Shown here: piece after piece, positions 39,303-47,949 of the stretch
Layout of the letters: every line of letters begins with the position of its first letter
Numbering within the stretch: the first letter of the stretch is position 1
From: a bacterium
GTDB lineage: Bacteria; UBA8248
DNA length: 64,000 nucleotides
Direction: 5' to 3'
NCBI GenBank assembly: GCA_965219955.1
Contig: OZ244799.1
Span: 384,001 to 448,000 of the forward strand
Position numbers and translations under genes: made by a program
The notes under the pieces: generated by a model
The model's database searches: none
What the model saw: the letters and a program-made list of their open reading frames with translations, nothing else
What the model was told of the DNA's origin: nothing

Positions 39303-39361
39303 GGGAGAGATGTGCCGTGCGTCGAGCAATGGGGTAATTCGAGAACCATGCTTGTATTATT

Positions 39362-39393
39362 CCCATAATAGGCATAATAATGCCCATTATGGG
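39362..39393. promoter_or_regulatory. AT-rich palindromic operator of the HTH-MNT/HEPN module
   Basis: CCCATAATAGGCAT-AATA-ATGCCCATTATGGG. Confidence 0.6.
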
Positions 39394-40051
39394 TAATTTA
39401 ACGACAAGACATCCCTCACGTATGACTCGCCGCAGGGCGTCCGGGCCCGGCGCCGCATCCACAGGTCTCGCGGATGCGCTGTTCACCACCACCCAGCAGC
39501 GGCTCCTGGCGTTGCTGTTCGGGCAGCCCGGACGGAGCTTTTTCGCGAGCGAATTGATCCGGTTGACGGGGTCCGGCTCCGGCGCCGTGCAGCGTGAACT
39601 CAAGCGCTTCGCCTCAAGCGGGCTGGTGAGCGTCACCCCTATCGGCAGGCAGAAACATTACCAGGCCAATCCGGATTGTCCGGTGTTCGAGGAGATGAGC
39701 GGCATCGTGCGCAAGACGCTCGCCCTGGCGGAACCGATCCGGCGGGCGTTGGAGGCTCTCGCCAATCGCATCGAGCTTGCCCTGGTGTACGGGTCGGTCG
39801 TACAGGGGATCGAAACGGCGGACAGCGACGTCGACCTGCTCCTCGTCGCCGACGGCGTGATGCTGGAAGAGCTCTACGAGGCGCTCTCGCCGGTGGAGAC
39901 TGGCCTCGCCCGGCGGATCAGCCCCACGCTTTACACGTCCCGGGAGTTCGAAGAGCGCAGAGCCGCCGGGAACCCTTTTCTGACGAACGTGCTCGCCGGT
40001 GAGCATGTCATCCTCATCGGAAGCGAAGATGGCGCACCCGCAACTCGATAA
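39380..40051 (+). CDS. HTH + minimal nucleotidyltransferase (MNT) protein; start uncertain (39380/39389/39422)
   Basis: ALFTTTQQRLL, GAVQREL, VYGS..SDVDLL. Confidence 0.85.
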   Translation: MPIMGNLTTRHPSRMTRRRASGPGAASTGLADALFTTTQQRLLALLFGQPGRSFFASELIRLTGSGSGAVQRELKRFASSGLVSVTPIGRQKHYQANPDCPVFEEMSGIVRKTLALAEPIRRALEALANRIELALVYGSVVQGIETADSDVDLLLVADGVMLEELYEALSPVETGLARRISPTLYTSREFEERRAAGNPFLTNVLAGEHVILIGSEDGAPATR

Positions 40052-40448
40052 CCTGGTGCGCATCGGCCGGCTCAAGAACGAGCCGGCTGCCGATGAGGAA
40101 ATCCAGGGTCTGGTCCGCTCGGGCGTTCGCCGCCTGAGCGACGCCGAGCGCGCAGATCTGAGCCTGGAGAGCCGTTTCGATCTGGCCTGCAACGCCGCCC
40201 ATGCGCTGGCGCTCGCCGCGTTGCGCCTGCGGGGCTATCGTTCCGATTCGCGCTACCTGGTTTTTCAATGCCTCCAGCACACCGTCGATTTGCCGCAGGC
40301 GCAGTGGCGCGTGCTGGACAACGCCCACCGCAAGCGCAACCTCGCCGGGTATGAGGGCGTGCTGGACGTAGGCGAGGAACTCATCGCCGCCTTGCTGCGG
40401 GCGGCGCGGGAAGTGGAGAGGCGCGTGCGCGACGGGATGGAGTCTTGA
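40029..40448 (+). CDS. HEPN-like partner protein
   Basis: ACNAAHALALAAL..GYR..HRKRN..Y; coupled to the MNT gene. Confidence 0.7.
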   Translation: MAHPQLDNLVRIGRLKNEPAADEEIQGLVRSGVRRLSDAERADLSLESRFDLACNAAHALALAALRLRGYRSDSRYLVFQCLQHTVDLPQAQWRVLDNAHRKRNLAGYEGVLDVGEELIAALLRAAREVERRVRDGMES

Positions 40449-40598
40449 AGCGGATTCATTTTGAATGCTCTGGAAAAACCGGCCCTTTCTTCTCTTTTTG
40501 GCTGATGGTGAAGGAGTGACGAACGAGCGACGGCATGAGCGCTTATGGTGTGCTAGGATTCGCAAAGTCGAACTTCATCGTAATTGGAGGACGGGCTT

Positions 40599-41522
40599 TT
40601 GAACCGCGTCGTATCGCTCCTGCCGAGCAGCACGGAGATCATCCACGCCTTGGGATGCGGGGAGCGCCTCGTGGGCCGCTCGCACGAGTGCGACTACCCC
40701 GCCGGAATCGCGGCGCTTCCGCCCTGCACGGCGCCCAAGTTCGACCCGAACGGCACGAGCCGCGAGATTGACGAACGCGTGAAGGCGGTGCTGCAAGACG
40801 CCGTCTCCGTCTACAGCGTCGACACCGCCCTGCTCGACGAACTGGCGCCGGATCTCGTGGTCACGCAGTCCCAATGCGAACTCTGCGCCGTGAGCCTCAA
40901 GGATGTCGAAGCGGCCGTGCGCGAACTGGTGCGCTCCAAGCCCGACGTTCTCTCGCTCGAACCCAACGCGCTGGGAGACGTCTGGCGCGACGTCGCATCG
41001 GTGGCCGAGGCCCTGGGAGTCGGTGAGCGCGGCGACGCGCTGCTGGCGGAACTGCGTGAGCGGCTGGACGCCATCGCCGCGCAAGCGCGGGAGATGGGCA
41101 AAAGACCCCGCGTCGCCTGCATCGAGTGGTACGACCCGCTCATGGCGGCGGGAAACTGGGTGCCCGAACTCGTGGAGATCGCGGGCGGGGAGGACGTCCT
41201 GGGCGTCGCCGGGGAACACTCCGACTGGCTGGAATGGGCGGCACTGGAAGAAGCCAGGCCTGAGGCGGTCGTGCTGATGCCGTGCGGTTTTGACATAGCG
41301 CGCTCGCGCCGCGAGTTGTCTGCGCTCACCGGGCGGCCGGAGTGGAAGCGCCTCGAAGCCGTGAAAAAGGGAGAAGTGTTCGTCACGGACGGGAACCAGT
41401 TCTTCAACCGACCGGGGCCGAGGCTGGTCGAATCCGCCGAGATTCTCGCGGAGATTCTCTATCCCGGCGCCTTCGCCTTCGGCCACGAGGGCGCGGGCTG
41501 GGAGCGTCTGGGCGCTGTTTGA
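40599..41522 (+). CDS. BtuF-like cobalamin/Fe-siderophore-binding fold protein, no signal peptide
   Basis: RVVSLLPSSTEI, VGRSHECDYP, TQSQCELCAVS, FNRPGPRLVES. Confidence 0.85.
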   Translation: MNRVVSLLPSSTEIIHALGCGERLVGRSHECDYPAGIAALPPCTAPKFDPNGTSREIDERVKAVLQDAVSVYSVDTALLDELAPDLVVTQSQCELCAVSLKDVEAAVRELVRSKPDVLSLEPNALGDVWRDVASVAEALGVGERGDALLAELRERLDAIAAQAREMGKRPRVACIEWYDPLMAAGNWVPELVEIAGGEDVLGVAGEHSDWLEWAALEEARPEAVVLMPCGFDIARSRRELSALTGRPEWKRLEAVKKGEVFVTDGNQFFNRPGPRLVESAEILAEILYPGAFAFGHEGAGWERLGAV

Positions 41523-41540
41523 TACTCACCGGAACGAGTC

Positions 41541-42365
41541 ATGAACGAGGATAGCCGGCGGACTCTCCATGAGCGCGCGTGCCGCAATGGTGAGGAATTC
41601 TACGTCGACCCCGAGACGGGGTGGCGCGTTTTCACCGAGGTCGGGCTCAGGCGGCGCGGGAGTTGCTGCGGCAGCGGCTGCCGCCACTGTCCCTATGCGC
41701 ACGAGGCGGTGCCTGTGGAAGAGCGCGCCCGCCTCGCCCGACGGTCCACCTGGATGACGGGCGCGGAACCTCCAGCGGAACCCGCCGACGTGCTCTTCTG
41801 GAGCGGCGGGAAGGACAGCTATCTCACCTGGCGGGCCTTGCGGCGCGAGGGCGAAAGACCAACGGTTCTGCTCACCACCTTCGACGCGGCGAGTCGGAAA
41901 ATCGCGCACCAGGAACTCGATATCGAACTGGTGGCGCGCCAGGCGGAACACCTGGGAATCCCGCTGTTGGGCGTGCCCCTCCATCCGGGTGAGGCGTATG
42001 AGGCGCGCATTGGCGAGGCGGCCCGCATGATTCCGAAGGTAGCGCGCTTCGTCTTCGGCGACCTGCATCTCGAACACATTCGCGACTGGCGCATCGAAGC
42101 GTTCCGGGAATTGGCCGCCGAGCTTGACGCGTCGCTCCACTTCCCGCTGTGGGGCGCGCCGTATGAGGACTTGATGGATGAGCTCGAAGCGAGCGGCGCC
42201 GTCTGCGAGGTGTCGGCGGTGACCGAAGTTGCGTTAGGCGTCGTGCAAGTCGGGCAGCGCTTCGACCGCGCGATGATGACGGCTCTGCCGGAGCGCATCG
42301 ACCGGTTCGGTGAAAACGGGGAGTTTCACACCCTCGTCAAGGTCTGGGCGGGGGATATGGGATAA
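41541..42365 (+). CDS. DUF5522-like Cys-rich domain fused to Dph6-like PP-loop ATP pyrophosphatase
   Basis: YVDPETG..RGSCCGSGCRHCPY; WSGGKDS; FGDLHLEHIRDWR; GENGEFHT. Confidence 0.8.
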   Translation: MNEDSRRTLHERACRNGEEFYVDPETGWRVFTEVGLRRRGSCCGSGCRHCPYAHEAVPVEERARLARRSTWMTGAEPPAEPADVLFWSGGKDSYLTWRALRREGERPTVLLTTFDAASRKIAHQELDIELVARQAEHLGIPLLGVPLHPGEAYEARIGEAARMIPKVARFVFGDLHLEHIRDWRIEAFRELAAELDASLHFPLWGAPYEDLMDELEASGAVCEVSAVTEVALGVVQVGQRFDRAMMTALPERIDRFGENGEFHTLVKVWAGDMG

Positions 42366-42667
42366 ATCGCTACAGCAGATTCCAGGATGGCTTCGCGGCG
42401 GATGTGGTTACGGCTTTGTTCGACCCCCGCGCGCTCGACAAGGTCCACATCGCGCCCGAAAATCCCCTTCAATTCCTCCTCCATTCGCACCATGTCGAAG
42501 AGCGTATGGCGTGCGCTTTCCTCGAAGCTGACGAGGAGGTCGACGTCGCTATCGGGGCCGAAGTCCTCGCGCAACGCCGAGCCGAAGACGTCGAACTGCG
42601 TAACCTGCCAGCGTTCGCAAAAGGCGGTGATTTCCTCGCGCGATGCCTCAAGGTCGAGACGCATCAT
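42326..42667 (-). CDS. orphan minimal nucleotidyltransferase (MNT)
   Basis: VFGSALREDFGPDSDVDLLV, FGRDVDLV. Confidence 0.85.
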   Translation of the reverse strand: MMRLDLEASREEITAFCERWQVTQFDVFGSALREDFGPDSDVDLLVSFEESARHTLFDMVRMEEELKGIFGRDVDLVERAGVEQSRNHIRREAILESAVAIYPISPAQTLTRV

Positions 42668-42751
42668 GAAACTCCCTGGAAACGGAGATTCCGGGCGACG
42701 CGCGCATTTTCTCACAAACCGCGCGGCGCGTCTTGTCTTACAATAGAGCCT

Positions 42752-43183
42752 CTAAGGCCGCCGCTCCCAGTCGGCGATTCCGCCGGGCGTGACGCGGAAG
42801 AGGGGATGGGGCAGGGGGGCATCCTCCGCCAGGTATTTTTCGTGCAGTTCGGGCGCGCGGGTTTCGAGCTTGCTCATCAGGTGACGCCATTCGAATTCGA
42901 GCTGGCCGCTCGTTACGTCCAATCGCTTCGAAGTGCGCAGGCGGCCTATCTTGCCTTTCTCGAACCGGTAGCCCCGCTCAGTGGATTCCGCATGCACGGC
43001 TCTCAGGTATTCGGCGATGAGGGCGGCGGATCTGGCGCCACCCCGGAACCGCTCCAGTTGGGGATGATTGCGGTAGCCCTTCGTCTTGCCCGCGATAATC
43101 CTCTGGGCGAGCAGGGCTTCTCGCCATAGAGCCACCAGCCCCCTGGCGTCGAGATATCCGGGATGAAGGCTCCACAAGCGCAT
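42752..43183 (-). CDS. pyrimidine-dimer DNA glycosylase/endonuclease V-like protein
   Basis: MRLWSLHPGYLDARGLVALWREALLAQ..GYRNHPQLERF..RGYRF. Confidence 0.85.
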   Translation of the reverse strand: MRLWSLHPGYLDARGLVALWREALLAQRIIAGKTKGYRNHPQLERFRGGARSAALIAEYLRAVHAESTERGYRFEKGKIGRLRTSKRLDVTSGQLEFEWRHLMSKLETRAPELHEKYLAEDAPLPHPLFRVTPGGIADWERRP

Positions 43184-43227
43184 CTTACGTCCCCCGGCGG
43201 CGTCGGTATTCGAAAGAGCCCCTTTAC

Positions 43228-43448
43228 GGGGTTGTTGGAAAGGCCCTATCCGACCTTCGAGATTGTTCGCCGTAGGGACAGGCCTCCGTGCCTGTCCGAG
43301 GTTTCTTACGGGCATGGACATTCCCGGTAGGGGCGGGCACGGAGGCCCGCCCCTACGGTTGAAATTTTCATCCGCGGCGAGCGCGGCCATAGTTCGCCAT
43401 CCCTCGTTCATCGGGGCTTTTTCAACAGCCCCCTCAAGGGGGGAGTGA
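43228..43448. repeat. TIR-bounded GTAG-REP cassette + half type C element
   Basis: TIR-like at 43228 and 43423-43432; GTAGGGACAGGCC.. at 43272. Confidence 0.8.
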
Positions 43449-43492
43449 AGTCTCCTCCCTCCCCGATCGGCTACAACCCCCTTACGCCCCGC

Positions 43493-44293
43493 CTATTTTT
43501 TCTTTCTCGGGTTTTTGTTGATGAACGCTTCGCGGACGTAGCGGACGACCGACCAGATATCCTCGTCTTTCAGCAGGTGGCCGTAGGACTGCATGAAATT
43601 GAACTTCTTTATCTCGCTGGCGTCGATGCGGCCGAGTTTGATGACCCAGAAGAGAAACCCGTCGCTGAAGCGCGCCATCTGTTCTCGCAGGTGATAGTTC
43701 ATCGGCGGCGGCTGGATGTGGCTGATGAACGGCTTTCCGGGGTCCTGATCCTCCACCGGGCGAATTCCGTTCCCGACCCCCTTTCCGCCGTGGCACTGGG
43801 AGCAGGCGTCGGTGAAGATTTCCCGGCTCTGCTCGTCTTTCGGCTGGTCCCCTTTGCTGAAGCCGCGCACCCACCTGATGAGTTTCCGGATCTGCTCGTC
43901 TTCGAGCGACTCGGCGAACGAGGGCATGGCGGTGGGGACGCCGTTCTTCACCTTGTGGCCCCTGGTCCGGTTTTTGAGCACGTTCATCTTGCCGAACTTC
44001 ACGACGGCGAACATGTAGTCGTCCGTCATGCGCTTCATGTAGGGGCTGATGAACACCTGGGGCCTCGGCCTCACCGTCCGCCAGATCGGCCCCTTGCCGT
44101 CGCCCTTGACCCCGTGGCAGGAGAAGCAGATCTCCCCGTAGATTTTCTTGCCCCGCCGGTAGTCCCCGCCGTTTTGCTGTGCCGTCTCGGGTTTGGGAGG
44201 GATTCTCCTGGCCGCATGAGAGGCGGCGGGTGTGATGAGGCTCAACGAGCAAGCCACTACGATCCATAGGCCGGTTTTCTGCCACAACTTCAT
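43493..44293 (-). CDS. secreted diheme c-type cytochrome
   Basis: Signal peptide (..AASHA-A); CFSCH with distal AMPSF; CSQCH with distal MQSY. Confidence 0.88.
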   Translation of the reverse strand: MKLWQKTGLWIVVACSLSLITPAASHAARRIPPKPETAQQNGGDYRRGKKIYGEICFSCHGVKGDGKGPIWRTVRPRPQVFISPYMKRMTDDYMFAVVKFGKMNVLKNRTRGHKVKNGVPTAMPSFAESLEDEQIRKLIRWVRGFSKGDQPKDEQSREIFTDACSQCHGGKGVGNGIRPVEDQDPGKPFISHIQPPPMNYHLREQMARFSDGFLFWVIKLGRIDASEIKKFNFMQSYGHLLKDEDIWSVVRYVREAFINKNPRKKK

Positions 44294-44393
44294 TTCCTGT
44301 CCTCTTCCAGCGGTCTCGTCGATACGGGTTGGAGGCTGAGTCTCAAGCGCGGGCGCGCCGGTTGCTCACCCGATCATGCCGGTCAAGCCACCA

Positions 44394-45413
44394 TTATTTC
44401 TTCGCGCAAGGGTTTTTGGCGCACGGATTCCTGGCGGCACACGGGTTTTTCGGTGCGCAAGGGTTGTTCGCACAAGGATTTTTGGCGGCGCATGGGTTTT
44501 GGGGAGCGCAAGGGTTTTGTGCAGCGCACGGATTGCTGGACGCGCCCGGGCTTTGGGGTGCGCGCGGGTTCGTGGCGGCGCATGGATTCGCCGGTGCGCC
44601 GGGGTTGTTCGGCGCACACGGATTCGCAGGTTCGCTTAAGTTTCTCGCAACGGGAGAATCCCTGCCGGGATTCTTCGGCTCGCCGGGGTCGCCTCCGCCG
44701 GGGTTTGCGCCACCGGCCGCGGGCTGCGCCGTCTTCATGAACGCCTTGCGCTTCGCCTCCCACTCGAGCATGCGCTCGTACCGCGCGGGTGTGAGGGAGA
44801 CCACGTAGGCCTCCAAATCCTTGTATTCCTGCGAATAGGGGTTCATGGGCGGGTTGCCGATGAACGTCGTGGCGCACCAGTCGTTGAACTGCCCGACGCT
44901 CGCCACCTGTCCCGCAGGGCTCAGGCGCGGGAAGTGGTCCGCCGCTCCGATGAGGGTCGGGACGGGAACCGGATGCCTCGCGCCCTTTACGTCCACGACT
45001 GTGCCCCGGATGGTGCGGCCCCGGGGGTGGCAGCTGACGCAGCCGATGCCCCGGAAGACTTTCCTGCCCCGGGCGACGGCGTCCTTCACGCTGGCGTCGC
45101 GCTTCGGGGTGGAGAGGGGAGTCGGATGCGTGATGGCCGGCTTCCTGCTCGCCGCCCGGGCCTCGCCGCCCGCAGGGGGAGTAAGCTGGTTGTCTCCGCC
45201 GGGATTTTTCACTGTTCTTGCACAAGCATTCTTCGCCGCGCAGGGGTTTTGGGGCGCACAGGGGTTATTCGCTGCACAGGGGTTGCCCGGTGCGCAGGGA
45301 TTTTGGGCTGCGCACGGGTTCTTGGGTGGGTCCGCCGCATGGACGGGAAGGGCGGCCCATACCGAGACGTTCAGGAGCGCGCCGAGGAGGAGGAGCCTCG
45401 ATTTTCTCAGCAT
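44394..45413 (-). CDS. secreted monoheme cytochrome c flanked by Cys-rich NPCAxx repeats (339 aa)
   Basis: RBS GGAGGAGG; signal peptide ..PVHA-A; CVSCH; HFPR..NDWC..SQEYKDLEAY. Confidence 0.85.
   Translation of the reverse strand: MLRKSRLLLLGALLNVSVWAALPVHAADPPKNPCAAQNPCAPGNPCAANNPCAPQNPCAAKNACARTVKNPGGDNQLTPPAGGEARAASRKPAITHPTPLSTPKRDASVKDAVARGRKVFRGIGCVSCHPRGRTIRGTVVDVKGARHPVPVPTLIGAADHFPRLSPAGQVASVGQFNDWCATTFIGNPPMNPYSQEYKDLEAYVVSLTPARYERMLEWEAKRKAFMKTAQPAAGGANPGGGDPGEPKNPGRDSPVARNLSEPANPCAPNNPGAPANPCAATNPRAPQSPGASSNPCAAQNPCAPQNPCAAKNPCANNPCAPKNPCAARNPCAKNPCAKK
44397..44624 (-). repeat. 13 tandem 15/18-bp coding repeats (NPCAxx)
   Basis: 76 aa containing 10 Cys; three units have lost the Cys. 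Confidence 0.9.
45213..45320 (-). repeat. 6 tandem 18-bp coding repeats (NPCAxx)
   Basis: NPCAAQ NPCAPG NPCAAN NPCAPQ NPCAAK NACART. Confidence 0.9.
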
Positions 45414-45507
45414 GGATCCTCCTCCCTTTGGGGAGTGGTTTCGATGCGGCAACGGGAAGGGGAATGCCGTCATGGATTCTGCCTCGTGAGGCGGCGGCGC
45501 CGGACGC

Positions 45508-45516
45508 ATTATACCA
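45508..45516 (-). promoter_or_regulatory. extended -10 promoter TGGTATAAT
   Basis: Perfect TGnTATAAT about 95 bp upstream of the NPC-repeat cytochrome start. Confidence 0.5.
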
Positions 45517-45527
45517 GAGTCGGGAGT

Positions 45528-45950
45528 CTAGGGCAGCAGCCGCATCCCCAGAACGGCGACGAACAGGGCGATAAAGACGGCCAGGAAACCGCAGTAGGAG
45601 TGAATCTGCCTCAAATCATTGTTCTTGAGGTTTTTCTTGAGCCTTCGGCCCAGCCAGGCCGTCGTCCAGAACAGGACGAGCGCCAGGGTGGCGAAATAGC
45701 TGTGCGCCGTCTCGTAGAGGGGGCCTTCCAGGGCGAAGCGCATCCCGCCCAGACCGAGAGCGTAGCCCACGGAGAAAAGCGCAATAAACCACCGCCCGAG
45801 CCGCATGTGCAGGCGGGCGACGCGCGCCGTCTCGGGCCCGGCGCCCCCTGTGCGCGAGCGCCTCACGCGCAGGCCGTTCGCAAGCACAATCAGGCCCAGC
45901 GAGAGGGTGGCGATCTGAAAAGCCGGATGAATGTACGCCCCAAAATTCAT
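45528..45950 (-). CDS. DUF4079-like four-helix membrane protein (cytochrome b561-like)
   Basis: Four hydrophobic helices, each preceded by a His (H8, H48, H83, H117). Confidence 0.7.
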   Translation of the reverse strand: MNFGAYIHPAFQIATLSLGLIVLANGLRVRRSRTGGAGPETARVARLHMRLGRWFIALFSVGYALGLGGMRFALEGPLYETAHSYFATLALVLFWTTAWLGRRLKKNLKNNDLRQIHSYCGFLAVFIALFVAVLGMRLLP

Positions 45951-46101
45951 GCGCCTCTGCTCCGGGGAGGTTCGATAAGCCGCGTTTCCATCTCCACCCC
46001 TGTTTACCTTGCCCGATGGGCAGACGTAAAGCTAAAATGTCTGAGTTGCGATTCTAACCAGCGATCCACGAGTGCAAGAAATTTTGAGTTAAAGGAAAGT
46101 A

Positions 46102-47004
46102 ATGACGGGTTCTTGGGAAGTACCTCAACCCCATGCCGTTTTCGAGGTGCGTGCGCCCGATTGCGCGACAGTATTCGTCCGCAGACACGGCAACCCGGCG
46201 GGGCCGCGCATGATCCTCAGCCACGGCAACGGCCTTTGCATGGACGCCTATTATCCGTTCTGGTCGCATTTCACCGATCGTTTCGACGTCTTCGTGCACG
46301 ATATCCGCAACCACGGCTGGAACCCGGCCAGCGACCTCCGCGTGCATAACGTGCCCACGTTCGTCGATGACGGCGCTCTCATCGTCCGCGAAATCGACCG
46401 GCGCTTCGGCGAAAAGCCCAGGATCGGCGTGTTTCATTCGCTTTCGGGCATCGTTGCGCTTCATCAGGCCATGCGTGGCGGGAGCGGGTTTTCGGCGCTG
46501 GTTCTGTTCGACCCGCCCATCTGTGCGCCCGGCGGTTTTCCGCAGGACATGGAGGGGGTGTGCAGCAGGCTGAGCGTCAGCACCGCAAAGCGCCGCGACA
46601 GGTTCGAGAGCCCCGAAGCGTTCGCAGAGCGTCTCTCCCGGAGCCCTGCCTTCAATCGCATGGCCCCCGGCGTGATCGAGCTGTTCGCCCGGACGACGCT
46701 TCGCCGCGCCGCCGACGGAGGGGGTTACGAACTTGCCTGTCCGCGCGATTACGAGGCTCAGGGCTTCGGGTTTCTTTTCATCTGGTCGATGACGGTGGAC
46801 TGGGACAGCGTCGACTGTCCCATGAAATTCATCGGGGGCGACCCGACGGTTCCGCACACGTACGTGCCGAGCATGGATTTAAGGGAACTCGTATTCGTCG
46901 ATTACGACTTCATACCGGAGGCGACTCACTTTCTCCAGTTCGAGGAGCCGGAGAGGTGCGCCGCCATGACGCTTGAATTTCTGGAAGGGCGCGGAGTGAT
47001 TTGA
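46102..47004 (+). CDS. alpha/beta hydrolase
   Basis: SHGNG, DIRNHG, FHSLSG, ATHFLQFEEP. Confidence 0.85.
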   Translation: MTGSWEVPQPHAVFEVRAPDCATVFVRRHGNPAGPRMILSHGNGLCMDAYYPFWSHFTDRFDVFVHDIRNHGWNPASDLRVHNVPTFVDDGALIVREIDRRFGEKPRIGVFHSLSGIVALHQAMRGGSGFSALVLFDPPICAPGGFPQDMEGVCSRLSVSTAKRRDRFESPEAFAERLSRSPAFNRMAPGVIELFARTTLRRAADGGGYELACPRDYEAQGFGFLFIWSMTVDWDSVDCPMKFIGGDPTVPHTYVPSMDLRELVFVDYDFIPEATHFLQFEEPERCAAMTLEFLEGRGVI

Positions 47005-47224
47005 GGGTGCGTGGACTTAGGGGATTTCCCTTGTCCGCAACAGAGGCGCGAGGCTATAGTAGCCGAAACGCGACCCCGGCCCATCGGCTGTAAAATCGGG
47101 AGTTTTACAAAGTGACCTGCTCCGCTCCCCAAGTAGCGGACTTGAGAATCAGGGACGTTGTTTGTGCGGCAATTTCGGCATGAGCCGGTTGGGTAGTGTT
47201 TGAAAAGCATTGCAAGGAGGAATC

Positions 47225-47866
47225 ATGTCCGTCATCGTGTATGTCCTGACCAACCCGGCGATGCCCGGCCTCGTCAAGATCGGAAAGACGACGCGGAGTG
47301 ATCTCGGGGCGAGAATGAAAGAATTGTATAAGACGGGCGTTCCCCTTCCGTTCGATTGCGCCATCGCGGTCGAGGTCGAGAATAATGGGGATGAACTGGA
47401 GAAAGCCCTTCATACCGCATTTGAGCCGCAAAGACTGAACCGTTCAAGAGAGTTCTTCCAGGTAGAGAGTTCCCAGGTGGAGGTTTTACTTAGTATCTGG
47501 CCGGACGCACGAGACGTTACGCCGGAGATTGAGCGTGACTTGGAGAAAGATTTGTCTGCCGAAGAAAAAGAGGATGTGAGGAAATTCAAAAAACGCAGAC
47601 CGAATCTGAATTTCAGGGTAATGGGAATACCGGATGGCTCGGAACTGGTGTCCACGAATGGCGCACGCGAGAAAGCGGTCGTTGTTGGAGAAAAAAAGGT
47701 GTTGTTTCGCGGCGAGGAAATGTTTCTGACGACGGCAACCAATATAGTCTTTGAGTTCGATTATTCGCTTAATCCCTGTCCTCGTTGGACTTTCGAAGGC
47801 AGAAATCTCTCGGATATTTACTCGGAAGTGTATGGGAGCAGCGACGGTGTGGTTGATACGAACTAA
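47225..47866 (+). CDS. T5orf172/GIY-YIG-like nuclease with RAMA-like C-terminal domain
   Basis: VYVLTNPAMPGLVKIGKT..TGVPLPF..EKALH..REFF; lower GC than neighbours. Confidence 0.8.
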   Translation: MSVIVYVLTNPAMPGLVKIGKTTRSDLGARMKELYKTGVPLPFDCAIAVEVENNGDELEKALHTAFEPQRLNRSREFFQVESSQVEVLLSIWPDARDVTPEIERDLEKDLSAEEKEDVRKFKKRRPNLNFRVMGIPDGSELVSTNGAREKAVVVGEKKVLFRGEEMFLTTATNIVFEFDYSLNPCPRWTFEGRNLSDIYSEVYGSSDGVVDTN

Positions 47867-47949
47867 TCCGAACAGACGTTGCGATTATCCGTTTTTGGAA
47901 AGCGAAAAAGCATGGTGATATATCTCCTGAATTTCTGTGTGAGGATACC

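Noticed and set aside
44394-45413. NPC repeats as RiPP precursor cores
   Set aside because: No modifying enzyme (DUF692, YcaO, radical SAM, LanM) or peptidase nearby, and the repeats are fused to a cytochrome; cannot be fully excluded
47112-47145. TGACCTGCTCC.. resembling an IS3-family end upstream of the nuclease gene
   Set aside because: No matching second end or transposase remnant found; match too short
38545-47866. Prophage or integrative island (TA modules, denV-like gene, nuclease)
   Set aside because: No integrase, tRNA target, or structural/replication genes; interspersed with ordinary metabolic genes
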